This document shows, piece by piece, positions 25,384 through 38,414 of a stretch of 64,000 bases of DNA (its first letter is position 1; every line of letters begins with the position of its first letter). A program made the position numbers and the translations under genes. The stretch is taken from positions 25,471,209 through 25,535,208 of the forward strand of contig NC_068990.1 in assembly GCF_001194135.2 (NCBI RefSeq), written 5' to 3'. The stretch comes from Octopus bimaculoides (Eukaryota). A model generated the notes under the pieces. That model had not been told where the DNA came from and ran no database searches. It was given only the letters and a program-made list of their open reading frames with translations.

Positions 25384-25591
25384 TCACTATGTATTTTTAG
25401 ATCAAACTCCCATTTGCTTATATACACAGATTTGCTCACACACACATAAGCTATGTATGCATGTATACATGTGTATGTGTATAAATACATACATACATAC
25501 ACATTTACATAAATGCTTAAAAAATGCATACATACATCTATCTATCCATTCATACACACACACACACACACACATTTTCATACATACTTAC

Positions 25592-25643
25592 CGTTTGACA
25601 CCTAATCTCACCTGACATTGTGCTCCCTACAAATCCATAAAAC
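25592..25643 (-). CDS. Candidate 52-nt exon (unproven), (R)FYGFVGSTMSGEIRCQT
   Basis: Consensus donor ACG|GTAAGT on the minus strand (plus acttac 25586-25591), CAG acceptor at 25644-25646, one open frame, within ~500 bp of unique sequence. The acceptor lacks a clean pyrimidine tract and no homology was recognised. Confidence 0.2.
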
Positions 25644-26184
25644 CTGATATATTTTTCAAGACAGAAACAGAAGTCTGTGATGTTTGTCTCTTCTATTTTT
25701 TTTTTTTTAATTTATTATTTTTATTTCATTTATTCATAATTTTTTTTTAAATATTTTTCGAGAGAATTTTCTTTGTGCTGGAATCTCATCCAGTCTGAAA
25801 TCTCAAGTAGATCATTGACCTAGTGCCAGTGAAATTATATTGCCACTCACAACACAACACAACTACCAACCAACCAGCCACCATATTGTGAGACGTATTA
25901 TAGAACCAATGTCAACCGGTTTATTACGACTGAACAAGTCACATTAATCCAGCAGTTGGCAATTTATTTGAAATAAAAGCCAACAAGCTTCTACTTCATT
26001 CTTTTCACATTTTGATTGCTTGGACAAACGGTCAGTTAAAATGGTTATTACATTGCTTCATCATTGAAATTTTTTCTCATGACAGTTGTTGCTGGGTTTG
26101 TAGCACTGTAATGTGGCTCAGCAGCTAAATGAGGGAGCTATTGACAAGTTTGTGTCTGAAACATTAAAAAAGAATAAATAAAGA

Positions 26185-26583
26185 AGCTTGCTTCCCAACC
26201 ACATGGTTCCCGGTTCAGTCTCTCTGTGTGGCACCTTGGGCCAGTGTCTTCTACTATAGCCTTGGGCTGACCAAAGCCTTGTGAGTGGATTCGGTAGACG
26301 GAAACTGAAAGAAGCCTGTCGTGTGTGTGTGTGTGTGTGTGTCATTTGTCTGTGTTTGTCCCCCCCCCCTATCATCGGTTGACAGCCAATGCTGGTGTGT
26401 TTACATCCCCGTCACTTAGCGGATGTAAACCAGCTCTGGTCTAGACCCAATGAATCAAAGGCATTCTAAGGAGACTGATAGTATAGGTACTAGGCTTACA
26501 AAGAATAAGTCCTGGGGTTGATTTGTTTGAGTAAAGGCAGTGCTCCAGCATGGCTGTAGTCAAATGACTGAAACAAGAGAAAT
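26185..26583 (+). mobile_element. SINE family C
   Basis: gcttgcttcccaaccacatggttcccggttcagtc...ggcaccttgggccagtgtcttct...atgactgaaacaagaga. Confidence 0.8.
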
Positions 26584-27976
26584 TAAAGCTGCAGGCTCCC
26601 GCCCACACTGCCGCACTTGCCCTTACCTCTCCAACACCACCCTCCTCACCAGCACCCATCACCGACCCTTTCGCATCACCGACTCCTTCACCTACACTTC
26701 TACCAACATCATCTATTGTATCTCCTGCTCNNNNNNNNNNNNNNNNNNNNNNNNNNNNNNNNNNNNNNNNNNNNNNNNNNNNNNNNNNNNNNNNNNNNNN
26801 NNNNNNNNNNNNNNNNNNNNNNNNNNNNNNNNNNNNNNNNNNNNNNNNNNNNNNNNNNNNNNNNNNNNTCTAACCCCTCCTCCTGCCTCTCTCCCCACCA
26901 TCCCTCCTACCACCCCTACTCTTTCTCTCCTCTCTCTTACTCTCTCTCACTCTCTTCTCTCGTACTCCCCTTCTCTCACTCTTACTCTCTACACTCTTAC
27001 TCTCTTATTCTCTCACCCTTACTCTCTCACTCTTACTCTCTTCTCTCACTCTCTCTCACTCTTACTCTCTACACTCTTACTCTCTTACTCTCTCACCCTT
27101 ACTCTCTCACTCTCTTCTCTCTTTCCCTCTCTCTCACTCTCTTTCTCTTTCTCTCTTTCTCCCCCCCATACCCACCTTCCCCCTCTCTCACATCCACCTT
27201 CCCTCNNNNNNNNNNNNNNNNNNNNNNNNNNNNNNNNNNNNNNNNNNNNNNNNNNNNNNNNNNNNNNNNNNNNNNNNNNNNNNNNNNNNNNNNNNNNNNN
27301 NNNNNNNNNNNNNNNNNNNNNNNNNNNNNNNNNNNNNNNNNNNNNNNNNNNNNNNNNNNNNNNNNNNNNNNNNNNNNNNNNNNNNNNNNNNNNNNNNNNN
27401 NNNNNNNNNNNNNNNNNNNNNNNNNNNNNNNNNNNNNNNNNNNNNNNNNNNNNNNNNNNNNNNNNNNNNNNNNNNNNNNNNNNNNNNNNNNNNNNNNNNN
27501 NNNNNNNNNNNNNNNNNNNNNNNNNNNNNNNNNNNNNNNNNNNNNNNNNNNNNNNNNNNNNNNNNNNNNNNNNNNNNNNNNNNNNNNNNNNNNNNNNNNN
27601 NNNNNNNNNNNNNNNNNNNNNNNNNNNNNNNNNNNNNNNNNNNNNNNNNNNNNNNNNNNNNNNNNNNNNNNNNNNNNNNNNNNNNNNNNNNNNNNNNNNN
27701 NNNNNNNNNNNNNNNNNNNNNNNNNNNNNNNNNNNNNNNNNNNNNNNNNNNNNNNNNNNNNNNNNNNNNNNNNNNNNNNNNNTTATGATTGACTGTTGAC
27801 TGAACACTATTCAATTTTTTTTCTCCGTGTTTTTCTCCTTGTCTCCGTATTCTTTCTGTTGAAGAGCGTAGCTCGAAACGTCAAAGACTTTCCGTATTCC
27901 CAAGCGTCATACTAATACATCCTTTTGTTATTTACACCACCTGTCCTTGTCTGTTGTTGTTTTTTCGTACATTCTC

Positions 27977-27978
<2 letters not shown>
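26584..27978 (+). mobile_element. Penelope-like element 3' portion: Cys-rich linker/GIY-YIG start, CT-rich tract, terminal repeat with hammerhead (two gaps inside)
   Basis: Translation GSRPHCRTCPYLSNTTLLTSTHHRPFRITDSFTYTSTNIIYCISC matches the C-x2-C...F.I...FT(C).S.N.IY.I.C linker/GIY motif of PLEs. The 3' repeat 27783-27978 matches 50100-50260 and ends at (TA)n. Confidence 0.75.
27851..27887 (+). ncRNA. Minimal type I hammerhead motif with variant CUGUUGA core
   Basis: tcttt CTGTTGA a gagc-gta-gctc GAAAC GTC aaaga: helix I tcttt/aaaga, stem II gagc/gctc, palindromic ACGT stem III, GUC site. Confidence 0.6.
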
Positions 27979-28013
<35 letters not shown>

Positions 28014-28024
28014 TTCAAAAAAAC

Positions 28025-28195
28025 AACACGATGGGCTTCTTTCAATTTCCGTCTACCAGATCCACTCACAAGGCTTTTAATCAGCCTGAGGCTATAGTAG
28101 AAGACACTTGCCCAAGGTGCCACACAGGTGTACTGAACCCGGAACCGTGTGGTTGAGAAGCAAACTACTTACCGCACAGCCACTCCTGCACTTAT
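28025..28195 (-). mobile_element. SINE family C, 5' half
   Basis: Reverse complement of head and CORE-like segment (agaagacacttgcccaaggtgccac...gaacccggaacc). Confidence 0.75.
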
Positions 28196-28997
28196 GTGTT
28201 TATTTTCGTTTTTACTTTGTTTTTGTTTTGTGTGTGTATATGTACTTTTGTTATTTATTGTTCTGTCAGCATGATGAGTAGCAATGCTTGAATTTGTTTC
28301 TTTTTTGTTTATTTATTTATTGTTGCTTTATTGTTTATTTATATATCTTTATTACCATCTGTTTTTGTAATCAGATAGCAGTAACTGGCCACAAAAATAG
28401 ATGGCCATAAAATGAAAGCAACCCAAGCTATGCTACCTACCCACTTGACAATAACAACAATGGCAGTAAAACTATATATATAGATGGCTTACTGTTCCAT
28501 TGAGGTAAGATCAAGTATTTCATTGAGTGAGAGATAAATATCATTTAATGTACACAATATAAAGATGCAAGCTACCAATAGTTTCTAGGCAGGTTTTTAA
28601 AACATGCCTTGTGTTCTCCAAGCAATCTTTAGGCTCTGAGAAGACCATGTAGAATAGACCATATGCTCAGAGCTCAAAGATTGCTTGGAGGCACAGGGCA
28701 TGTTTTAAAAACCTGCCTAGACACATGTTTCCACAGCAAGAAACTATTAGTAGTGCATATCTTTATACTGTGTTCATTAAATGATAAATATATAGTTTTA
28801 AATCATCACTTTTTATCCTCACTTTATCATTGGCTCACTCCCTAACCATGTGCGCATGTGTGTGTCTGTATGTGCGTGTATTCATGTGTATTATGCAAGA
28901 ATACACAGTTATATAGGTGAACAACTAGGTGTGACCCATGGATCTATACCCAGGCCCTTTAAGGGGGTAGCGAAGCAACCAGTACATTGGTCTAGAC

Positions 28998-29275
28998 CAG
29001 GCCTGGCCAACTCGAATCACATTGCGGGCCACTTTAATCACAGAAAGTATTTTGAGGGCCGCTTGTACACTGACAGAATTGAAAGCATTTTGCTTTCTCA
29101 TGCTATTATTACAATAATGAATGAATGATCATTGATTCAACATGAAATATTATCGTTGCAAAAACAGTAGTATCTTTCTTTTTTACTTTTCATTACAATC
29201 TTTAATTCTTGATAAAATTTTTAAAATGTATGTTTAAATGAACCCATTTCAAGAAAGTATCAGTGGGCCACATGA
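28998..29275 (+). mobile_element. hAT MITE fragment (left end)
   Basis: caggcctggccaac terminus directly after gtctagac (28990-28997), with a subterminal gcgggccac motif. The right TIR was not found. Confidence 0.5.
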
Positions 29276-30594
29276 GTCAAAGGCATTCTAACCAAGATCA
29301 ATCAGTCATTTTGTTGTGGCAGAGCTTAGCTTTGACTGTGATCACTTTTTAACCTGGTAGGCTTAAGTTAATGAGATTTAGCTGTTATTTCTAGCCATCT
29401 TTGAATGGCCACATAAAAGCATTTATTTTAATAATACATTATTTCATACTGGGTATCTTGTACACACTTTTCCAAGTAGTCTCTTAGACTGATCCTGGAT
29501 AGGTAGACTTGTGGATTAAAGGCACTCTTACCAAGAATAAAACAGCTGGTATAAACCAGCTGGGACTATATCAGCCAATGTGTTATGTTCTTTTGTTTCA
29601 AGATGGCAGGATTGGTTTTAAGGAGATTTATCTCCTATTTTTAACAAGTTTCCTGTTAATTACAAGTGATAGTGTACATCCAGTATAGCTAAGCATAGTA
29701 TCTTGGATAATCTGGGTGCCTCCAACTGTTGTTTTATTATGTACTAAGGTGGCTACAGTGCACTCATTGACATCTCAACAGGCTATTAATCCTTGGTGTG
29801 GGAAAGGGGGCTTCAGAAATAAATATACTTTACACAAAGGGTTTGTAAGTGTGTGTGTGTGTGTGATTGTTTCTAAGAAACTACCAGTATTAAATATCAT
29901 ATTCCAAGTAGTGTAATTTCTTCTCTCTCTCTTTCTCTTTGTATATACCAAACACATACACATATGCACATATACATGTGCATACACACACAAACATAAA
30001 TATGTATACATACATACACACACCCACATGTATATATATACATATACATATATACACACATGCATGCACACGCACACACACGCGCGCGCGCGTGGGTCTA
30101 TCTATAATCATCATCATTATCACGTCAGAAATAAGATACATTTATGGGTGTCACCAAATATTACATCCGCAATTGGATGCACCTAAAACTTTGCCCTCTA
30201 AACTACAACAAAACAGCAGCAACAACAACAACAACCACAGCTACAACAACAATCACATCAACATTAACAACACCAGCAGCAATTAAACTCACAGCTGCAA
30301 TAACTACCCCCTTATCTACAACATTAAATGGTTTCTAACGTTGGTATGATAAAGCCATGTACTTCTGATGAAGGTACTCATGCTGGGTTTGATTGTTGTT
30401 TGTACTCTATTGTTTCTTTTATTATATTGACACCACCCCCCACCTGGATGATGGCAGGCAAAAGAAGACCTGGATGAGATTGGAGAAAGTGTCTGAGAAA
30501 ATGCCTTGTGGTATTTATACTACAAGTTATTTTCTCAAACAGTCTACTTGTTCTGTCATGTCATTGCCTTGCAGTAACAACAACAACAACAACA

Positions 30595-30595
30595 A

Positions 30596-30628
<33 letters not shown>

Positions 30629-30831
30629 TGTTTAACGTCCATTTTCCATGCTGGCATGGGTTGGACGGTTTGACTGAGGTCTGGAGAGCCAGCGACTGTA
30701 CCAGGCTCCAATCTGATCTGGCAGAGTTTCTATAGCTGGCTGCCCTTCCTAATGCCAACCACTCCGAGAGTGTAGTGGGTGCTTTTTACGTGTCACCGTA
30801 AAAACATCACCGTAACAACATCAATAATAAC

Positions 30832-30886
<55 letters not shown>

Positions 30887-31043
30887 GATTTAAATTTGGA
30901 CATCAAGACTGCAATTTAGGGGGCAGGGGTTAAGTTGGTTGCATTGACCCCAGTGCTCAGCTGGTACTTATTTAATCCTTCCTGAAAGGATGAAAGGCAA
31001 AGTCAACTTCAGCAAAATTTAAACTCAGAACGTAAAGACAAAT

Positions 31044-31090
<47 letters not shown>

Positions 31091-31794
31091 GCAACAACAA
31101 CAGCAAGTGTTTCAAATTTTGGCACAAGGCCAGCAATTTTGGGAGAGGGGTAAGTCAATTACATTAACCCCACTGCTGAACTGGTACTTACTTCATAAAC
31201 CCCGAAAGGCTGAAAGGTATGATAATAATTGTTTGAAGGTCAGCAATTTGAAGAGAAGTGGGGTTAGTTGATTCCATCAATTCCAGTCCCCAAATGGTAT
31301 TTTATTTTATTGACTGCAAAAGGATGAAAGACAAAGTTGATTTTGGCAATATTTGAACTGGAAGAAATTCTGCTAAGCATTTGACTCAATATGCAAATGA
31401 TTCTGCTGCCTTTGAAATAATAATCATCATCATCATCTTTGTTTAACATCCATTTCCCATGCTGGCATGGGTTGGACAGTTTGACAGGAGCCGGCCAATC
31501 AGGGAGCTGTCCAGATTGCTGTTTTGGCATAGTTTCTACAGCTTGATGCCCTTCCTGACACCAACCACTTTGCAAAATTGCAAAATTGCAGTTGTGGCAT
31601 ATACCAATGTCACACAAATGGCACCCGTGTTGGTGGCATGTAAAAGCACCCATTACTCTTGGAAAAGTTGGCATTAGAAAGGGCATCCAGCCGTAGAAAA
31701 CCATGCCAAATCAGATTGGAGCCTGGTGCAGCCTTCCAGTGTGCCAGCCCAGTGAAACTGTCCAACTCATACCAGCATGGACAATGGACGTTAA

Positions 31795-31830
<36 letters not shown>

Positions 31831-32005
31831 TGCAAGGCCTGAAGTTTTAAGGAGAGGGGAGAAATTGATTACTTCAGCCTGAAGTAGTTATTTTATTGAC
31901 CCTGGAAGGATGAAAAGGTAAAGTCAGCCTAGGCAGAATTTGAACCCAGAATGCAATGAGACAGAAGAAATGCTACTAAGCATTTTATCTGACTGCTTAA
32001 CACTT
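30595..32005. mobile_element. Dense cluster of RTE tails (30595-30800 minus, 31420-31650 minus, 31640-31830 plus) and SINE A copies (30890-31040, 31100-31215, 31235-31410, 31845-32005, all minus), interleaved with (CAT)/(AAT)/(ACT)/(GAT) arrays
   Basis: Each segment matches the family motifs described above. Confidence 0.65.
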
Positions 32006-32249
32006 CTATCAATCCACAGGAGGAGGAGGAGGAAGATGATGATGATGAAGAACAAGAAAAAGTAAAAAATATATGAAAAAATGATTTACTTTGTTATGAG
32101 ACATGAGTAGAGTGATGAAGGCATGTGAATTGAGGAAGAGTAAGGGAAGAAAATTAATGACTTCTAAATTGTATATTGTTTAGTCATTTCTGCCATAGTA
32201 GGTCTGCATCATTTTGGGTGGGGGGTATTATTAACTTTGATAGTGTTGA

Positions 32250-32281
<32 letters not shown>

Positions 32282-32950
32282 TTGTTCTTGTTCATATTAC
32301 TGGTGTTATTGTTGTTGATGATGTTTTTTATTGCTGTAACGAAGATGGCTTATGAAAGATATGTATTCTCTTTGAAAGTGATAATTCATACACATATACA
32401 TACATGTACATGCATAAACACACACAAGCATTTTATATGTATATATGAATATATAAATAGATTGAGAAACAAAGTGTTCAGTAGTCTATATTCGTTGTAT
32501 TGTTTGAATGTCTGTTTTGGAATAAGCTCTTTGTTTTATAAGTACTAATTTGTAACCATAAGTTAATGCTATTTGTTTACTTTGATGTTGTTACTTGTAG
32601 GAATAAGCTGGTGAATTCTCAGGCAGCACTTATATTTTTAATGCTGTTGCCACTGCCATATGCTGTTGGTACTGCCCAGGTGTCAAAACCATAGTGATAG
32701 CCATTTGGCAGCTGATGATGGGAATACACATTTATTATGCTCAAATGTGAATTGCTTATATATCTTAGTCTGCTTATTCTGAGTTGTCCTTCATTTTTGT
32801 AAAGTGGAAAGTGTTTGTGGAGTCATACTTTGTAGGTGTCACATTGGTATTGGTTGGTTTTTCTTCATAGGTAATCTAATCAGGCTTAGATAACACTTAG
32901 ATATTAGTGTCTAATTTTGGGAGGTTCTGCAGCATATATATATATATATA

Positions 32951-33560
32951 TCATCATCATCATCATCATCATCATCGTTTAATGTCCACTTTCCATGCTG
33001 GCATAGGTTTGATGGTTTGACTGAGGACTGGTGATCCAGAAGGCTGCACCAGGTTTCAATCTGATCTGGCAAAGTTTCTACAGCTGGATGCCCTTGCTAA
33101 CGCCAACCACTCTGAGAGTGTAGTGGGTGTTTTTACGTGTCACTGACACAAGGGCCACTCAGGTGGTTCTGGTAACGACAACGCTCAAAAGGTGTTTTTT
33201 ACGTGTGACCTTCACAGGAGCCAGTCTGGCAGCACTGACAACGACCACGCTTGAATGTTGTTTTTTCATGTGCCATCGGCACATTGCTTTTTATGTGCCA
33301 CTGGCATGGGAGCCAATCAGTGACCCTGGCAACGATCACGCTCGGATGTGCTTTTAACGTTCCACTGGCACATGTGCCAATCAGACAGTATTGTTGTCAG
33401 CCACGTCAATTTGATTTTGATTTCACTTCCCTCAATAGGTCTTTACAAGCAAGGTTTGTTGTCCAATGAATGAGGGATATTCATAAATGGGCTGGTTACA
33501 CCACTGGCATAGGCCATGGGCTATGGTCTCACTTGGCTTGACGGGTCTTCTCAAGCACAG
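32951..33560 (-). mobile_element. RTE-type LINE 3' end: UTR with degenerate minisatellite units, reaching the ORF2 C-terminus
   Basis: Reverse-complement match to 34750-35360, including ctgtgcttgagaagaccc. Confidence 0.8.
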
Positions 33561-33697
33561 GGACGTAAACACAAGGCTCTGGTTGGCCCAAGGCTATAGT
33601 AGAAGACACTTACCCACGTTGCCACACAGTGGAACTGAACCTGGAACCATATGGTTGATAAGCAAGCTACGTACCACACAGCCACTCCTACACCTAT
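33561..33697 (-). mobile_element. SINE family C fragment
   Basis: ggctatagtagaagacacttacccacgttgccacacagtggaactgaacctggaaccat...cacacagccactcc. Confidence 0.7.
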
Positions 33698-34598
33698 TGA
33701 GAATATCAATACTATTTTTAAAAATTCTATATTATAGAAGTCAAAAATATAAATAAGGTACACTTTCATTTGCTGTAGAGATTGCCAAATTCATAGAAAT
33801 GTATATCCAAAATATTTCCATCATATCTGTTATATTAATACTAAAATATCTTATTTTCTGTGAGGAAAACATGAGGTTTTTCTCTTCATTAGGTTTTTTT
33901 CTTTTTTTGCACTTCATAATGTTACCTTTCAGCAAACGTTTGCTTTTGTTGTAAGTCGATCTTTCATGTTGGAAGTTAGAAAACTAATATTCTTTATGTC
34001 CATCATGAAAACTAAAGGTATCTGTTGAAATTATATTGCTATCTTGAAAGAAAGCCATATAGATTAAATCTTAGGCCTCTTTTATCATGAACATGAGCTT
34101 AAGAAAGTAGATCTATCCATGATGTGTAGCTTAGGAAGAGCACAAATAAAGAAATGTGTTGTTAATCAGTGAAGAATTTCGTGCCAGTTCAAAATCTAGA
34201 ACTGCTTTTCTTATCATTATTTGAACACCAAATAATAATGAATATTCACACACTTCCATCCAATGCCCAGATTTTATAAACTTTTCTTCTGTTTAATAAA
34301 AAAATGTTTACTGTTTTATTATTTTATTTCCTGTTGGGGTTCTCACAAAAATGGCTTTAATCATATCAGGATTTAGCTTAGTCTGTCATAATGGTTTCTA
34401 ATTTAAGCACAAGGACAACAAATTTTAGAGGAGAGGATTAATTGAAGTCATGTGATTGGGCAGTTCTGGTCCCCAAGCTAGACGATTCTCATCTGCTAGT
34501 GATATATGTCACAATTTATGTTCCTAACACTAGCTGAATGATAACTAAGTTATTTTACTAAATTCTTTGTTATATTTTAAGTAATTGAAAGAAACAGA

Positions 34599-35360
34599 GG
34601 CTGTGTGAATAAGTGTTACACCCTAGCGGTTGAGGGAACCTGTGGAAGAGGTAGACCCAGGAAGACCTGGGATGAGGTGGTGAAGTACGACCTTCGAACA
34701 TTACGCCTCACCGAGGCAATGACTAGTGACTGAGACCTTTGGAAATATGCTGTGCTTGAGAAGACCCAGCAAGCCAAGTGAGACCATTACCCGTGGCCTA
34801 TGCCAGTGGTGTAACCAGCCCACTTATGTGTACCTTTCCTTCATTGGACACTAAACTCTACTTGCGAAGACCTGTTGAGGCAAGTGAAATCGAAATCAAA
34901 TTCGATGACAGCACCACATGACTGGTATCTGTGCTAGTGGAGCGCTAAGAGCACCATTTGAGTGTGATCGTTGCCAGGGCCACTGACTGGCTTCCATGCC
35001 AGTGGCACGTAAAATGCACCATTTGAGCATGATTGTTACCAGCGTCACCTTACTGGCACTTGTGCCAGTAGCACATGAAAAACAACATTCGAGCGAGGTT
35101 GTTGCCAGTGCCACTAGACTGACTCCTATGCAGGTGGTACGTAAAAAACACCATTTGAGTGTGGCCGTCGTTCCAGTGACACATAAAAGCACCCACTACA
35201 CTCTTGGAGTGGTTGGTATTAGGAAGGGCATCCAGCTGTAGAAACTCTGCCAGATCAAATTGGAGCCTGGTGCAGTCATCAGGTTTGCCAGTCCTCAGTC
35301 AAACCATCCAACTCATGCCAGCATAGAAAGCGGATGTTAAACGATGATGATGATGATGAA
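34599..35360 (+). mobile_element. 5'-truncated RTE-clade LINE: ORF2 C-terminus, 3' UTR with minisatellite, (GAT)n tail
   Basis: GCVNKCYTLAVEGTCGRGRPRKTWDEVVKYDLRTLRLTEAMTSD*DLWKYAVLEKTQQAK* (stop 34779-34781) matches the RTE G.R.RGRP..TW...vk.Dl...l.....dR..W motif. It links the abundant (GAT)n-tailed repeat to an RTE ORF. Confidence 0.85.
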
Positions 35361-35470
35361 GTAAAGATGTACCTGAATCATGCAGAGGCTGTGATCTAGG
35401 TTCAGTTCCTGAATGATGTAATTTCTTGGGGTTTTTTTTTGTTTGGTATTTCCTAACAAATTCAGTTGAG

Positions 35471-37128
35471 AATGTTGTGAATATAATTAAATTCCACATT
35501 TATAGAAATCTTTTTTTTTTTTCCATTAGAAATTATAAACTTTGGGCTTTTTTTCATTAGAAAACATTCTTATTACTCTTTCAAACATGTGAGGCAAATT
35601 TTTTATTTTTTAATCAGTGCCTTACTTAGAGGAGGAAGAGTACTGTCCATGACCCCCCAGAAAAGGACTCCCATCATTCATGGAATGCTTTTAAGGGGCT
35701 CCGTGAGTAGTGCAAGGGAATTATCTCCAAACTGGAGATCGGGTCTGAATGCTTACAAGAGAGTGAACCCACTAAAGGCACTCAAAGGTGCCATGTGAAG
35801 TTGATGGTGGTAGTGGTGGTGATGATGTTGGTTGTTGTGATGGTGCTGATGTTGATGGTAGTGGGGTGGTAGTGGTGATATTACTAATAGTGGTGGAGAT
35901 GCTTATGGTGATGGTGATGATGGTGGCAATGTTGATGATGCTGATGGTGGTATTTTAATGTTGGTGGTGCTAGTGATGTTGATGATATTGATGGTGATGG
36001 TGGTGGTGTTGATAATGTTGTGAATATAATTAAATTCCACATTTATAGAAATCTTTTTTTTTTTTCCATTAGAAATTATAAACTTTGGGCTTTTTTTCAT
36101 TAGAAAACATTCTTATTACTCTTTCAAACATGTGAGGCAAATTTTTTATTTTTTAATCAGTGCCTTACTTAGAGGAGGAAGAGTACTGTCCATGACCCCC
36201 CAGAAAAGGACTCCCATCATAGAATAAAAGACACACAAGATAATCCCTAATAAGCTGATTTTGATCATAAATCTGCTTGGTCAGCGCCATCTTGGGATTA
36301 AATAAGATCAATAATAGCATTTTAATAGGTTTGTGGTGATGAAATAAATAAAAAAACAGATTAGGGGGTTTGTAGATGAAATATGAAGGAGAAGGGTGGG
36401 GTTGTCAGATTTCCTATAATACAGACCCAGTTAGTGTGTATGCATGGCGATGGTGGTGGTGATGGTGGTAGTGATCTGATAATATTGATGATGATAGTGG
36501 TGATGTTGATGGTGATGTTGATGTCGGTAATTGTGGTGGTGGCGGTGGCGGCGACGGCGGTGGTGGCATGTGCGCAGCTGTGTGTGTATATTTTAAGTTT
36601 CTGAAGTGAAATGTCAGCTATATGCCCTGCCCTTATCACCCTGCAGTACTGTTTTACCAATGAGATAAGGGGGTCTCTTTAACAGTAGCATCCTTTAAAT
36701 GTTGAAGGTCCCAAAACTACAGAAATTCTTGTTTAATGAACATTCTAATAGTCAATCTAACACAGAACCTTGCATATGGATTGCTCGACCTGAAAGAAAT
36801 AGCATCTAAATCTCCCTCAAATCACACATACTGTCTTATAGAATAAAAGACACACAAGATAATCCCTAATAAGCTGATTTTGATCATAAATCTGCTTGGT
36901 CAGCGCCATCTTGGGATTAAATAAGATCAATAATAGCATTTTAATAGGTTTGTGGTGATGAAATAAATAAAAAAACAGNNNNNNNNNNGATCAATAATAG
37001 CATTTTAATAGGTTTGTGGTGATGAAATAAATAAAAAAACAGATTAGGGGTTTGTAGATGAAATATGAAGGAGAAGGGTGGGGTTGTCAGATTTCCTATA
37101 ATACAGACCCAGTTAGTGTGTATGCATG
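35471..37128 (+). repeat. Two local near-exact duplications: 35471-35677 = 36014-36220, and 36220-36447 = 36840-37128 (across a 10-N gap)
   Basis: Directly visible identity. Confidence 0.9.
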
Positions 37129-37605
37129 TTTTGTATGTGCGTGGGTGCATGCGTGTCAGCATGCGCACGCATGTGTGTGCGTGCATATACACATGTATTC
37201 ATGGAATACTTTATTAACGAAGCGTCACTTATTAATCATATGGTTGTTTCAATATGTGGTGATATCCCCTCAAAAGCAAAAACAAATAAAATGAATATAT
37301 TATCTCAGAGAAATATTAACATTAGATGTATAATATAATATAACATAGTATAACATAGTATAACATAATATGATATAATACACAACATCCTGTCAATAAT
37401 GAATTGAGGCAACCTGAGGACAAGAGATATAATAGAAATTCACACACACACTTCTACCTTTGTGTTTGTGTGTATGTGTATACACAGGCTTTTTAATAGA
37501 AGTTTTGTTTCAATAAATTGACACTGGTGTGCAATTTTTGATGGATTAGGGTACATGTTTTAATTCTTCAAGTTCATTACTAACACACGTCTGTATGTGT
37601 GTGTT

Positions 37606-37657
<52 letters not shown>

Positions 37658-38414
37658 CAGGAGTTTGATTATATGGCCAGCCATAGAGTGGCCAATGGAT
37701 TCACATCCATAAAGCATTTAACCTTATACACAACTCTTGCACCTGATGTGCTTCCATATAGTTTTCCTCCACCATATTCCATCTCAAAGCTTTGATCAGC
37801 CCTGGGGCTATAGAAGGGAAAATAAAATGCCCAAGGTGTGACACAATGAAACTGAACTCAAAACTTTATGATTGCAAAACTAACTTCTTAACCACTCAGC
37901 CATGCCTGTGCTGTTATCTATAATTCTTTAGTTTGTTTTCAAATTTTAGTGAATTCAAAAATGAGGATTATTTTCAACTGATTTCAAGAAAATGTTGTGT
38001 TTTATTGTGATAAAGTATTTTTTATTATTAAATAATTTAAATATGATAAAATGAAATTAAATTGCAATGAAATGATGTTAAAAGAATAATAAAATGAAGG
38101 ATGACTTTCTGATCTATTTTCTTTAGGCTTCTCCTATCGACAAAATAAATATTTCACCCTGCTTGACATGAGAAATTTCATATCTTATCTGCAATAAGCC
38201 ACACCCAAGAGGTATGTATAGGTAGGGCCTCATACTCAACGGCAATTTAATTTGACCCCAAAAACAAAGATATTGATGCACTATTACTGAAACCTTTCCC
38301 TTTGTTCTGCTGCTGAAGATGGGTTTATGGAATTGGTAGCTGTTGTTGTTTAGTCCCCTTGTCTGTTTTGATAAACCAAACCTAACCCTAACCCTGACCA
38401 TCCTATGTTTATAT

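Noticed and set aside
26870-27205. Leu/Ser/Thr-rich 419-aa ORF as a membrane protein
   Set aside because: It is a CT-rich low-complexity tract within a PLE and mostly gap; only the N-terminal Cys/GIY segment is real coding relic.
28378-28503. Plus-strand segment with good acceptor and GAG|GTAAGA donor
   Set aside because: Stops in all three frames; a non-coding exon cannot be supported without transcript data.
38385-38400. Telomere-like cctaaccctaaccc
   Set aside because: Only about two units; expected by chance.
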